Of a stretch of DNA of 64,000 bases, positions 37,172 through 49,627 are shown in pieces (position 1 is the first letter of the stretch; each line of letters begins with the position of its first letter). The notes under the pieces were generated by a model. It did not search any database. It had not been told where the DNA came from and was given only the letters and a program-made list of their open reading frames with translations. The position numbers and the translations under genes are program-made. The DNA comes from Podarcis gaigeae (lineage: Eukaryota): assembly GCA_964106915.2 (NCBI GenBank), contig OZ066915.1, one strand, 5' to 3'.

Positions 37172-38058
37172 CCTTATGTGGGGCTGCCCTTGAAACGTGT
37201 CCAGAAACTGCAGCTGCTGCAACAGACAAGATTTCTGCTGTCTGCTTTTCTGCCCATGTTACACAGGCCCTTCTTAATATGAACTGGCTTCCACTCTGTA
37301 CTTGGGCCCAATTGAAGCAGTAGCAGATGCTGTGCAGCTAACCTCACCTCCCTCCTGCTGTGTCATTGCTGCATACTGGGACAGGGAGGGAAGAGACTGT
37401 GGTGAAGTCAGTAGGGTGCAAACCTGCTGGCGGAGCCAATCCAGAGTGGAGTATTTGTACCACAACACTCTCACTGCCTCATCACCCCACCCAGTCTCCA
37501 TCAAAGTATGCAGAAGAAATGCATCCAGAGGGAACTCAGGTGGCTGCTGTGGCCCCACTGTGGCATCCACTGCTGACTTTTAAGGTGGCCTAAATGTCCT
37601 GGGACCAGGATATTTGAATGAGTGCCTCTTCCAGCATGAATACCTTCATCAGTTGCAATCTCCTACGGTGGTGAACCAGGGCCTCCCAGAGAATGGCAGC
37701 TTATGGGGCAGCAACAGACAGGCTTGATACCAGCATCTATGCTCTGTTCTGCCACCCAGAGATGTGCAGTCAGGATAAGCAAGAGGGCTTTTTGGTGTTT
37801 CCCACCTTGGGTTGTCTTGTTCTTTTAGGTGTAGTGGGGTAGGACATTTCTCTTCCATAAAGCTTCTATATTCTAATCTTGCCTGGTGTTGGTCTCCAAA
37901 TATCGTGGGTTATTTTTTATGCTCACCCAGTAGTGCTAATTGTAGTGTTTAATTGTAGTGTTACCTTGCATTTTATACTTCTTTTTATATGATTGTAAGC
38001 CACCTTAGGCACTTTTCTTAGGTCATAGAGTGAATAATTGAATGATTTAATAAATTAA
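37172..38058 (+). mobile_element. Highly decayed L2 3' portion, interrupted at about 37318-37575
   Basis: tatgtggggctgcccttgaaa..gtccagaaactgcagctg (YVGLPLK..QKLQL), ctggcttcc (WLP), cctaaatg..ctgggaccaggatatttgaa, terminal ttgtaagccacctt...ttaataaat. Confidence 0.65.
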
Positions 38059-40193
38059 GATGATAATCTCTGGTGCATTGTTGCCAGTTCCAGAACTAAG
38101 AACAAAGTGCTGAGTTTGTTTTTTCTCTCTGGCCTTGCATAAGAACCAACTTCAAGACTTGCACATGCACTTCCTTAGCTTGTTTTGTTAAGACAGGAGT
38201 GCATAAGAGCAACTTATTTCTCTTTCCACAGAAACCTCTGAGATGTGTCAGTAAAATTGCAACCTTTTTCTGATATGCCCTTTTGACTTTAATAGCGGGT
38301 TAATAGGCAGAAATTCAGCAGGTGTAGCATTTGCAGCATTAAATCTTCATGCTGGAGACCCTGTACGCGCCACTGTTTAGCTTATCACAGGGCTCGGGGC
38401 TCCTTGGAAGGAGCGGGCAAGAGACATGCTTACCAAGGGCCTGATTTGACTCTGAACACCTGAAAATACTACAAAGAAGGACATGCTCAAGGTCACACTG
38501 GCATAGCAGGGAACAGTGTCCAGTCATATTAATTCATAATTTGTGGGGAAGATTGCTTTACCTCCTATCTTAAGATGTACCACCTCTAAAACAACAGGAA
38601 GGCAATGTTGAGAGAACTGTAGCTAAATAGAAAGCTTCACCAGCACCTGCATTGTCTTGCAGAATCTGGAATTTAAAAGCAAAACGAGGAGTTTTTTGTT
38701 GTTCCTGAAAACATTTCTACACTCTGTTAATGTAGCTCATTTGATACTGTTCAGCAAACACAGAGAGCCTGCATGTTTAAATCAACAACTGTCTTTGAAC
38801 ATCACATGGGAAAGGGGGTTTGAAATCATTACAGTATGATTGACTCTGTGGTCAATTGACCAGACACTACTGCAGCTAAATTCTGGATAAGGCCCATCCA
38901 CAAACAAAACATGGAAGCCTTGCTTTGGATAGTTGCAAATGTATTCTTGCTCCTTGTTTACCTTGCCGGTGACATTGATGATGAAGCATTAGAGTATGTG
39001 AAATCAAATAAAACATGGGAAACAAAAACAAGCCTTTCTGCAATTCTGCAGTGCATGGATCACTGTGGAGGCTGAAATATAGATGGAAAAAAGAAAGGGA
39101 TCAAAATGCTCTCCATTCAGCTTACCGGAGCAGTGGGGCAAATCAAAATGTACTGATAAATAAGACCCACTCTGAATACTGAAGAACTAATGTGATACTT
39201 CATCACTTGCCAAATAGATTTCCTCTAATTTGTGTGGATATGCATGAGAGAAAGAGAAATGTAACAGTGGAAATTACAAAATAAAAGTGATATAAAAATG
39301 ATGGATCTTTGTAATTGTGCAATTAATCATTTGTTTCAAATTCACTGCATTACAGAAAGCATATTTTCTAATTATGCTAAGCATACATACAATAAAGAAT
39401 GTCTCTGTAGCTAAGTATTGTCATGGAGGCATACAGTTTTGCAAATCAGGTATGTAATTTTTCATGCTTTGCATATCTTTCAAAACTTAGCAAAATATAT
39501 TCTTTGCTGGATTTTCTAAATTCACAGGATAAAAATAACTAAGGTCTAGTCTACATAAGCAGCAGAAGAGTAGATTATACAACATCAGAGTTCAAGTGCA
39601 AATTTTTCAGGGAAACCTCTTCCTGTTAGTGGTTTCATCTCCAGCAGCAGGATTAGAGCCCTGAACCTGGTCCAACTCCTTAGCTGGAGAGACTACAGCT
39701 TCTGCCTCTCTTCTGTACTCCTGGCTCATTGCGCCCTCCCTGTGTCAGTTACTAACTTTCAGCCAATGTGGCTGCTGCCAATGTAGTTAGTCTCACATTT
39801 AGCTTGGCCCTTAGTGCTTCAGAGCTGTTACAGAAGTCTTATGGGGGAAGCCCTTCTGTGCATGAAGCAGAATGTCATCCAACATGCTGACCTTTTTAAA
39901 ATGTTCTGTGCTTTGCCTGCTTATTTTCTATATATTGAGTGGCTTACAAAGACACAGAAGCAGGTTTAGAAAAGGTGGCACTTCTGAGATCATCATTGAT
40001 CAAAATGGTACATGGATTTGGTTTGCTGTATTTATATCAGCTGGGATGCTATGGTTTTCTCACATGTGTGCGCCCAGAAAAATGCACATGTAATGTTCTG
40101 CAATCAGATTGCATAATGATTCCTAGAGGCAACTGCTTTTCATGTAGAAACTTTGAAGCAGACCATAGTGTTAAAAGATTGTCTCCTACTTAA

Positions 40194-40483
40194 AAAGGTA
40201 AAGAGACCCCTGACCATTAGGTCCAGTCGTGACCGACTCTAGGGTTGCGGCGCTCATCTCGCTTTATTGGCCGTGGGAACCGGCGTACAGCTTCTGGGTC
40301 ATGTGGCCAGCATGACTAAGCCGCTTCTGGCGAACCAGAGCAGCACACAGAAATGCCGTTTACCTTCCCACTGGAGCGGTACCTATTTATCTACTTGCAC
40401 TTTGACGTGCTTTCGAACTGCTAGGTTGGCAGGAGCAGGGACCGAGCAATGGGATCTTACCCCGTCGCAGGGATTCGAACCGC
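40194..40483 (-). mobile_element. Sauria SINE, 5'-truncated at the B box
   Basis: aaaggtaaag tail, then cccctgaccattaggtccagtc...ggattcgaaccgc. Confidence 0.93.
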
Positions 40484-41888
40484 TAAAGAGGTAGTAAAAA
40501 GTAGTAAAACGTGATCCATTAATGGCACCAGGAAGTAAAAAGCATTCTAGGAGGCAAAATGGAATGCCTTTTTAGCCTTGCACAGAAAGTATTAACACTT
40601 TTATGCTACAGTGAATACCTGCTCCAAGATACTTCGTAAAAATAGGAACATTAAATTGAGCTGTCGGTAGAGTCTAGAGTCGTTATCAGCTTCCTTGAAT
40701 GAGTTCAAAATCTCTGTGGTGAAAGTGCAGAGGAAATCACTTCCCAGATTGAGATAGACCCATCTTCCTTTTAGAAATCTCTTTGCAGAGGTCTGAAAAT
40801 TTCCATCAGTCTCTCCTGCCATGAGGCAACTATTGTGCCAGATTACTGCCTAGTGGTGATTTCCCTGGACTTCACAGAGTATATGATTGATTCAAAGTAA
40901 AAATGCAAGGGTATTTGAGCAGATGTTATCTTTCCCTATCATGAGAAGTTGTGAATCTCTCATTTGATTGCAGCCTGATACCAGATTTCATGCAAATAGA
41001 GATGAAACACCTCTGGAGCAGCCATTAATTCTGTCCCCCTCCCACCAGTGATTTTCCTAGTGTAAGGAAGAACCACAAGGTTGCTGTTCTAATTCTTGGT
41101 TTAACACACTCTTCAGTTATCAGAGATAGCATTATTCATGGCCTGGCCAATTAAAAATGATAGCTTACCCCCCCCCCCCAAGCTAGCATGTTGCATGTTT
41201 GCAATGTGAAGGTCAGTTTGTCAAATCTGAGACCAGTGTGGGGCACCCACCATTTGCACAGGAGATTGCCAGTTGGTAATTGTCAATCTCCATCATTTCC
41301 TGACAAAGGGGAGTGGAAAGAAGGGGAGCATGGAGAACAAGAGGATAAATGAAAAAACGAATTCTGTGGTTTCAACCTTTGGCCTGTTGACCTCCTGATC
41401 TCTTTAGCACAGACGGTGTATGTTTAATGAAGGGACATATGTATGGCCTCGAGACACACACTTTACCTTCCAATGGGTTTGGAAGGGCCAAAAGTCCATA
41501 TACTCAGCAGGAGAGGGGAGGGGGAAACCCAGGAAGAATGGCAGTGGAATTAATTCAAGACTTGCATGAGGAACCGAGCTTGTTGTATATGGTGGAGCCT
41601 GAATCAAAGCTGGAATCTTTGTCATTCTGGCCTTAAATCTGACAAAGACTGGAAAACGCTCTGTTGTTCCTCTACTAAAGAGTAGAAGAGGATGGAGTGA
41701 GGAGGCTACTCTATTTTACAGGAGCTTATAACTGACATGGTCCTAATTATCAAATTACTGCTTACATTTTTAAAAGCCTCCTTACCTATTCTTTGTTCTT
41801 GTATTGCTTTTATTGCTGATTTTGGCCCTTCTCTGTTTCCACATTTCCACTGTTGAGAACTGTGCACACTACACCCCACATTAAGTTA

Positions 41889-41967
41889 GGGTGCAGTCCT
41901 TGTTGGGGTAGGCACTGTTGAAAGCAGGGAGGCTTGCTTCTGAGTAGACATGGATAAGGTTGTGCTC
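41889..41967. mobile_element. PIF/Harbinger-like MITE
   Basis: Ends GGGTGCAGTCCT / AGGTTGTGCTC flanked on both sides by TTA (41886-88, 41968-70). Confidence 0.6.
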
Positions 41968-42267
41968 TTAGATTATTTGCCAGTGTAAATGATACCATGT
42001 TTCTTCGGCTTTCATTCGTCATTCTGCTTCTCTTAGTCATGGCAAAGCACAAGGAGTTTTGCATTGCAGTGACACTCCATTCACCACAACTGGAAATCTT
42101 GCTCAGCTAGTTTAGGTTGTGTCTCCTGTACTGATAACAAATTTGGGCTCCTCTCCCCATATGTGGTCACAAGCAAATGCTAAGATGTATAAACGTACTT
42201 TGTTGGGCTGTTTTAATTGAACATTTAATATCGTGCCCTTTTGGTGCTTCTGCACCATTGGGCATCT

Positions 42268-42764
42268 GTTGTTGTTTAGTTGTTTAGTCATGTCCGACTC
42301 TTCGTGACCCCATGGACCAGAGCATGCCAGGCACTCCTGTCTTCCACTGCCTCCCGCAGTTTGGTCAGACTCATGTTTGTAGCTTCGAGAACACTATCCA
42401 ACCATCTCGTCCTATGTCGTCCCCTTCTCCTTGTGCCCTCAGTCTTTCCCAACATCAGGGTCTTTTCCAGAGAGTCTTCTCTTCTCATGAGGTGGCCAAG
42501 TATTGGAGCCTCAGCTTCATGATCTGTCCTTCCAGTGAGCACTCAGGGCTGATTTCCTTAAGAATGGATACGTTTGATCTTCTTGCAGTCCATGGGACTC
42601 TCAAGAGTCTCCTCCAGCACCATAATTCAAAAGCATCAATTCTTCGGCGATCAGCCTTCTTTATGGTCCAGCTCTCACTTCCATACATCACTACTGGGAA
42701 AACCATGGCTTTAACTATACGGACCTTTGTTGGTAAGGTGATGTCTCTGCTTTTTAAGATGCTG
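42268..42764 (-). mobile_element. BovB (RTE clade) LINE, 5'-truncated 3' end
   Basis: SILKSRDITLPTKVRIVKAMVFPVVMYGSESWTIKKADRRRIDAFELWCWRRLLRVPWTARRSN...GHLMRREDSLEKTLMLGK...RWLD...WHALVHGVTKSRT; (CAA)n-type tail; 11-bp TSD ATTGGGCATCT / ATTCGGCATCT; one frameshift near 42498. Confidence 0.95.
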
Positions 42765-44531
42765 ATTCGGCATCTAATAACAATTAAAACCAACCATAAA
42801 ATACAGTATTTTTGTATTTTTTTATAACATAATAAAAACAGAAATGCAGCAGATAAAAATGAGTCATTGAATAAAAAGTATCTATCCAATAAATGCCTGC
42901 CCTGTTAGGCATTGCCATACAGCAAAACACCAAGTGTGTGGGTCAGCTAAGCCTCCCAGGAGAAAAGATTCCATGATTTTAGGTGCAGCCACAGAGAAGG
43001 CCCTTTTATAAAAGTCAAGCACATGCATTTTGCCTTGTAAAATGGTTCCCAATATAAAACCCTGTGTAGCAGTAGCCCAAATTCTTACTTGATGAAATGG
43101 AGAACTGTGCTTCTAAAAAAACCCATTCTGAGCCGAGTTTTGTAGAAAGCACTTAATAGTAATAATCTTACACAATAACTTGTACTGTAATTCTCATTTT
43201 TCTACTCTGCCTTTTGTATAATTGGCCTAAACCATAGTGGGTGATGAATCCTATAGCTAACAGACATTTTGTCTTTCCCATAGTTGAAACAAAGTGAATT
43301 TTTCTGTCTAGACTGGAATTTTCTTAGGCACATTCAAAAGTTTTGGTTAACTATATGTAATGATGGTTTGTCAAGCAAGGATCCAGTCTTTCTCCATAGT
43401 TTGCAAACGTGTGCCATTTTGAATTATAATTCTTTAAAACGCCACCGGCTCAAATAAAGAAATTTGGTTATCCATAGCAAGCAGTAAGATATGAACATAT
43501 ACATACGATGCACATCTCTGTGATTGGGCAATAATGTTCAAGCCATTTTTGCTGATGAGCCCAGATGCGTACTGAGTTTAATGCAGTGGAATTGATTTCT
43601 GTTTGCTAGCCTATCATTCCCCTCAGCAGGGGAAAATCAATACAGATCAATCATGTGTGATTTTGCATGCCATTAGATCCTGATTTAACCTCTGTAGCCC
43701 CCTCCCCTACTGTGGACCACACAGTTTGAAAGAAGATTGATTGCTTCTGATAATCTGGGCATGACCCTTCCATTGAAACATCGGGAATCATTCCCTCCTT
43801 CCCTAATACTTTTTAACCTAATTATTAAACACAGGGTTCTTGAAACTCTGCCATTCCACTTCTACGTAATTTGGAATTGTGGGCAGAAATTCAGCTCTGC
43901 GATGAGGGCATATTAATAGCTAAGCAGAAATTTTGCTTGGGGCTACAAACATTAAGCAATTTGTTGTTCTGACTAGCAAGGACTTAGATGTTGCAAAGGG
44001 CCTGTTGCCATGCGGACTGCACAGAAACACATTTTCCCTTCTTCCTAAGCCAAATTTTGTGGAAAAAGGAAATGTGAAGATGAGCTTATCTTCCAGTTTG
44101 TCCCTAAATTAGTATGTAAACTAGCTTCCCAGGAGGATACTTCCATACCGTTCCTTCTAGTGGTAAGAATCACAGTCAAGAGAACATGGTATTGCCCATG
44201 GGGGGGGGGGGGAGAACACTGGGTGATTTCCAATGTCAGTCATACTTAAGTAGATCCATTGAGCTCTATGGTCTTAAGTTACTTAAGTTCAACCATTTCA
44301 ATGGTTCTTCTCCAAATATGTCTAGCATTGCCCAGTATGTCTTTTAATCTGGATCTTATGTAACATTGAAAGGGATTGAACTCGTTGCTTTGAGGGTATT
44401 TTGACTCTGAAGTATGTTACTGTAATTTGAAATAATATGTATTTCCAAATTTGGTGATTCATAGTAGCTTTCATTGATCAAACTGAAAGTGATTTCACAC
44501 TACAGAGAATAATCTTCAAGATCCCCAAAAG

Positions 44532-44667
44532 CTAGCAACCCCAAACTCGGCCCTCCAGCTGTTTTGGGACTACAGCTCCCATCATCCCTAGCTTACCGGA
44601 CCAGTGGTCAGGGATGATGGGAAGTGTAGTCCCAAAACAGCTGGAGGGTCAGGTTTGGGGATGCCTG
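44532..44667. mobile_element. Near-perfect palindromic hAT MITE
   Basis: ccccaaact..ccctccagctgttttgggactaca..tcccatcatccct / agggatgatggga..tgtagtcccaaaacagctggaggg..gtttgggg; flanks CCCAAAAG / CTCAAAAA. Confidence 0.85.
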
Positions 44668-46292
44668 CTCAAAAAGATGCCTATATTATGCACTGTGAAA
44701 ATATAGTTATCGCTATATAAGGTGTGCTGGAACCTTAATGGTGAGACTTGTAGTCATATGGACTGATGCTTTTTTTTGGTGTGTCAATCAAGGATAATGA
44801 TGTCCGTGCTGCAGCATGGTTCTATTGTCCCACTTTGGACAGACCATTAATTCTCCCTCTTCTAGCCTGGTTATAAATATTTCTGAGTCAAAACCTATCG
44901 CTTTACCTGGATACTGGACAACAGCTAGTATTGACTTTGTTGGCCCTGGTGTCGTGCAACTTTGTCTGTCTTCCTGTGCTCTTCATCTTGGGCAGATACT
45001 TCTTTGCTTATTGTCCATGGCTGGTAAATGACTTTTTTGGGTTGCCTTTTCTGTATAATGCCTTTAACCTCTTACCAGTGATTCCTAAAGCTCCCTGGCA
45101 TTGCACAGATACCCTACCTGTAGATGATTTGGTTTCCTGTGTCCCAACCATCAACTCAACAGATCTAGGTAGACATAACATTGCATTTTGTTATGTTTTA
45201 CTTGCGACCATCCATATCACAGCATAGCTGGTTTCACTAGGATAATTGTTAAGGTAATTCTTGTTTTAAATGGCCACTGCTGATGCCTAGAATCACATTT
45301 GGGAAAATGCTTGCAAAAGGAGATGGGATGAGCAGCATATCCTCTTTCTCATGATGCAAAGTGCTACAAACTAAAGCCTGAAAACTTACTCTGTAGTTCA
45401 GAGCTGTGCCTAGACTTGAAACTGTTCGTCTGAGGCCTTTTATCCAGTCTCTAGACTGGCAGACTCTGAACTGTTATTTCCACAGTCTCTCTGCAGAAGC
45501 ATAAACATAATTTTTCAATTGCTGGCCTTTGTTCTGTATTGCTGGCCTAGAGCACATATCAGATTTTATTTTAAAAGAAATGGGTTTTCAGAAAGGATTT
45601 GCATGAGAGAATGAATATGTATCCTTTTGATACATATTCACTGTCATTTTAATGAACTCAACAGAGAAGCTTCTACTGAATGTCTTTGGGTACAGTTCTT
45701 CAGAGGTGTCTTTTGGGGGGAGGGGCACACTCACACCCACCCTTGCAGTCTCTAAGATGACTGTCAGGGACCAAAGGTATATGCTGAGTGTCTGACAATT
45801 GTGGGGATCAAGCCAAGGGTCCAGCAGCCCCAAATGTTGTTCCTTTCCATTCTCTCAATACCTATAATTTTCCTTTTATCTCCTTGTGTTTATTTTATCC
45901 ATCAAAACACCACAAAAGCTCTCTCTTAGATTTAAATTCCCTTCTGTGGTTGCTGGAACACTGCAATATCCCATTGGCTGCCTTTATTACGGTCACACAG
46001 CAGGCCTGGGACATTGGGGATTATTGTACAATCACTCAGCCTGGTCAGTGCTAGCATCCCTATTCCTTCAATAAATCTGTTGTCCTTTTTCTGTTTGGTG
46101 GGCTTAGAGAGGGGATGTGCAATGAGTTATTATCCCACACTTATCAGCATTAAACTGGATTTGACAACTCATAGCTTGGGATTTGAATGATCTAAATCCT
46201 TCATCATTTGGCAGCCCTGAGGTTTCCTGGGGGCTTTTTTAAATGGTACTTCTCAATTTATCATCTGCAGGGCTGGAATCCTTATTTATGGC

Positions 46293-46543
46293 CAGTGCTG
46301 GATTTAGGATGGTGCAGCTGCCCCCCCCCCACAGGATGCCAAGATGAGGGAATGCATAATTATTATTATTATTAATAATAATAATAATAATAATAATCCT
46401 ATATTTATATGGGTACCTACTGAGAAGATTCATAAAAAAGCAACTGTACCAAAAGGAATTAACTGTGAAAATAAGAAATATGGGGAGGGGGGGGACAAAT
46501 TTTGTCCTGACTCCAGGTGCCATATTACCAAAGTCCGCAGCTG
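46293..46543. mobile_element. Probable decayed hAT-like MITE containing an (ATT)5(AAT)8 tract
   Basis: Imperfect TIRs CAGTGCTGGATTT / AAGTCCGCAGCTG; weak TSD similarity. Confidence 0.45.
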
Positions 46544-47231
46544 TTACGGAGTTCAAAGATAAGATGAGAACTTTGAAACCTGTCTGGGAGTTACTTTGCA
46601 ACAGAAGTTTTCTGTAGAATCCAGTTCATCCAGAAGAGCAGTCTCCGTCATCATGAAATAGAGCTGGCAAGTGATTCACGCTCTGTGTCCAAAGTAGAAC
46701 TCCCCCATCCTTTCTCCATAGTGATATGAGTAAACTTCATGTGCAAAGGCACCTCTTTCTTTCCCAGGGAAAGTTCCTATTCTATAAGCACCAGAAGAAT
46801 TGTGAATGCCTCCACTCCCCTTGTTTCTCTGTGACATCAGAAACCTATCTTTGAAATTTGCCCAATAGCTTCTTCCCTGGAAGGAGACTCCACAGTCTCT
46901 GTAGCCTAAGGATTGTTAAAGAGAATGCATGTTGGTTATACCTAGTCAATTAGGACTTTCCCCAGAAAGTCTATTGGTGAGTGGGATTCCTGACTCACAA
47001 TCCAGAGGTGGCAGCGCTGTACTTTTTGGCATAGGGATGGGGCAAGCAGGGTGGAAGTGGCAAGTCTGAGGCAGCCCCACAGCAGTTGCCCCACAGGTGC
47101 ACACATAAATGCAGGCTCTCCTGACCTTGCCATTGTCTTGCCCCGCCACCCCCCGAGTATAGAGCTGCCTCCACTAGGAGAACTCCACAGCCACCCCCAC
47201 CCTGCCCCCAAGCTTCAACTGTCCAATAATG

Positions 47232-47825
47232 CAGGGGCAGGGAGCCTGTGGCCCTCAAGATGTTTCTGGACTACCACCATCCCTGAACATTTGCCATGTT
47301 GACTAAGACTGATGGGGGTCCAACAGCAGCAACAACAATTTCTTATCTCTGCCCATCTGACTATATTGCCCCAGCCACTGTGGGTGGCTTCCAGCATAAT
47401 GAAAGCACAGCAGAACGTCAAGCATTAAAAACTTCCTGATACAGGGCTGCCTTCAGATGTCCTCTAAAAGTTGTATAGTTCTTTATCTCCTTGACATCTG
47501 ATGGGAGGGTGTTCCACAGGGAGGGTGTCACTGTTAAAAAGGGCCCTCTGCCTGGTTCCCTGTAACTTATCGCAGTGAGGGAACAACCAGAAGGCCCTTG
47601 GAGCTGGACCTTAGTGTCCAGGCTGATCAATGGAGGTGAAGATGCTCCTTCAGGTATACTGGGCTGAGGCTGTTTAGGGCTTTAAAGGTCAGCACCAACA
47701 CTTTCAATTGTACTTGGAAACGTACTGGGAGCCAATGTCAATCCTTTAGGACTGGTGTTAAATGGTCCCAGTGACTGCTCCCAGTCACCCTCATCATTAA
47801 GAGGGCCACAGGTTTCCCATTCCTG
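47232..47825. mobile_element. Palindromic hAT MITE split by an L2 insertion
   Basis: Left arm caggggcagggagcctgtggccctc...gatgggggtccaaca; right arm gagggccacaggtttcccattcctg. Confidence 0.8.
47325..47789 (-). mobile_element. L2 LINE 3' fragment
   Basis: Reverse complement aligns with 51277-51720; encodes PSLWNTLPSDVKEIKNYTTFRGHLKAALYQEVFN. Confidence 0.9.
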
Positions 47826-48196
47826 GTCTTCGGGAAGGTTTGTGTAACTTAATGATGATTATGTTACAACAGTATCAGAGATAAAATTCCAACATGTAAG
47901 TGTTGAGACTGACAACAAAACACCAAACTGTATACAGAGAGGAAAATAAGTAACTAATTTACAGACATAAGAAAAGGAAGGAGATGTTATGATTCTGCAG
48001 CCTTTGCAAGTGAGTTGAAGCTTATTCTTTTCTTTTTTTAAGATTAAAAGTACAACCCTATAGGTGTTTTCAGAGAAGTAAAGTCTACTGTGTTCAGTAG
48101 TGTTGCTGTCAGAAACAGTTCATAGGCTTGCGGCTAGGATTTTTTTTTTTTTTACGAAAGACAGTTCTCATAATGTACATTTCAAAATGCACGCTA

Positions 48197-48455
48197 GGGA
48201 GCCAGTGTGGTGTAGTGGTTAAGAGCGGTAGTCTCGTAATTTGGTGAACCGGGTTCACGTCTCCTCTCCTCCACATGCAGCTGCTGGGTGACCTTGGGCC
48301 AGTCACACTTCTCTGAAGTCTCTCAGTCCCACTCACCTCACAGAGTGTTTGTTGTGAGGGAGGGAGGAAGGGAAAGGAGATTGTTAGCCGCTTTGAGACT
48401 CCTTAGGGTAGTGATAAAGCAGGAGATCAAATCCAAACTCTTCTTCTCTTCTTCT
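48197..48455 (+). mobile_element. Squam3-type tRNA/CORE SINE
   Basis: gggagccagtgtggtgtagtggttaagagc A box, gggttca B box, CORE-like gggtgaccttgggccagtcac...cctcacagagtgtttgttgtg, (CTT)n tail. Confidence 0.85.
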
Positions 48456-48550
48456 AAAGTATCTGCAGAAGTATCTGCAGAAACCCAACCACCTGTTTCC
48501 TTCCCATGAAACAACTTTGAAAGGAATGATATGAAGTGGAAAATCAGCAG

Positions 48551-48552
<2 letters not shown>

Positions 48553-48589
<37 letters not shown>

Positions 48590-48592
48590 CAC
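48553..48592. repeat. (GT)15(GC)4AC compound microsatellite
   Basis: 40-bp uninterrupted purine-pyrimidine alternation. Confidence 0.95.
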
Positions 48593-49627
48593 TCAAACAC
48601 TTTCCCAACCCATAATATGCAGATTTGGTGAACTGGAATATGGCAAGCCCTATATGAAAGTGAAGTGCCACCCCTCCTCTTTTACACTATTTCAAGACCC
48701 TGCCCCCCCCCCATGATGAAAGCTTTACACCAGGGGGCAAAAACATTTGCAGTATCCACCCATTTCCCATTTCAGTTCAGACCTGTTTGCAGGCGATACG
48801 AAAAAGATGAGGAATTTTATCTCTCCTCTCCATGGCAATCCAGATGTAGCCCCACCTACATTGCCACCTCAAGCTAGTCTGTGGGTGGGCCATCCGTTTG
48901 GTGTATATATATTTTTTTGCCTGAAATGAAAAGATGACATTTTTCATGCTGAGTTCTGTGTCTGCTTCTTACTTTTCATTCCCCGCCCCCTCCCCCGATA
49001 AAAATGGTATTGCTCCTGAGGAAATCAAATCCAATCTTCAATATATTTAGCATGAAAGCAATAAAGAGCATTAATGTACTTCAGAAGGGAGCGAAGTACG
49101 GGCTGGCATCATCTGCCTCATGGAGAAAAGAAGGATCACCATGGAAACTGTTTTCGTTGAATTCCACACTCTCCAGGCACTGCATGTGTAGGAAAGCAAG
49201 TAAAAGGGATGGGGCGGAGGGGGGCAGGAGGGGGGGGAATCTTAGTTTTTTTTCTCTGTTGCCACAAATCTGCTGCTGGAGTCTTCTCATGAAGAAGAGT
49301 CATGAATTATATATACCGATCGTGCAAATAGCATTATGAATTCGAATTAATATTGCACACTGCACTGGCCTTTAAATGAAGGCTGGTTTGAAGTAGCAGG
49401 TGACAATCAGGATCAGATTGCAGTGCATTCCAGTGACACAAGTTAGCCCTAAAAATGAACAAGCAGCAGCTCAGGAGTGTCTTTGCAATTCTAAACACTG
49501 ACAGATGCCACTTAGAAGAATAGAGGATATTTTCCCAACTAGCCAAGGGAAGAAAGGCCACCTCTGCCGCTCTTGGGATTGTGTACTTAGATGCTCATCT
49601 CCTGAAAAGGGGGGGATCAGTCACTTG

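Noticed and set aside
42312-42827. 171-aa plus-strand ORF
   Set aside because: Antisense frame of the BovB fragment.
48457-48482. 12-bp tandem duplication AAGTATCTGCAG after the Squam3 tail as a TSD
   Set aside because: Both copies lie on the same side of the SINE, so it is a local tandem duplication.
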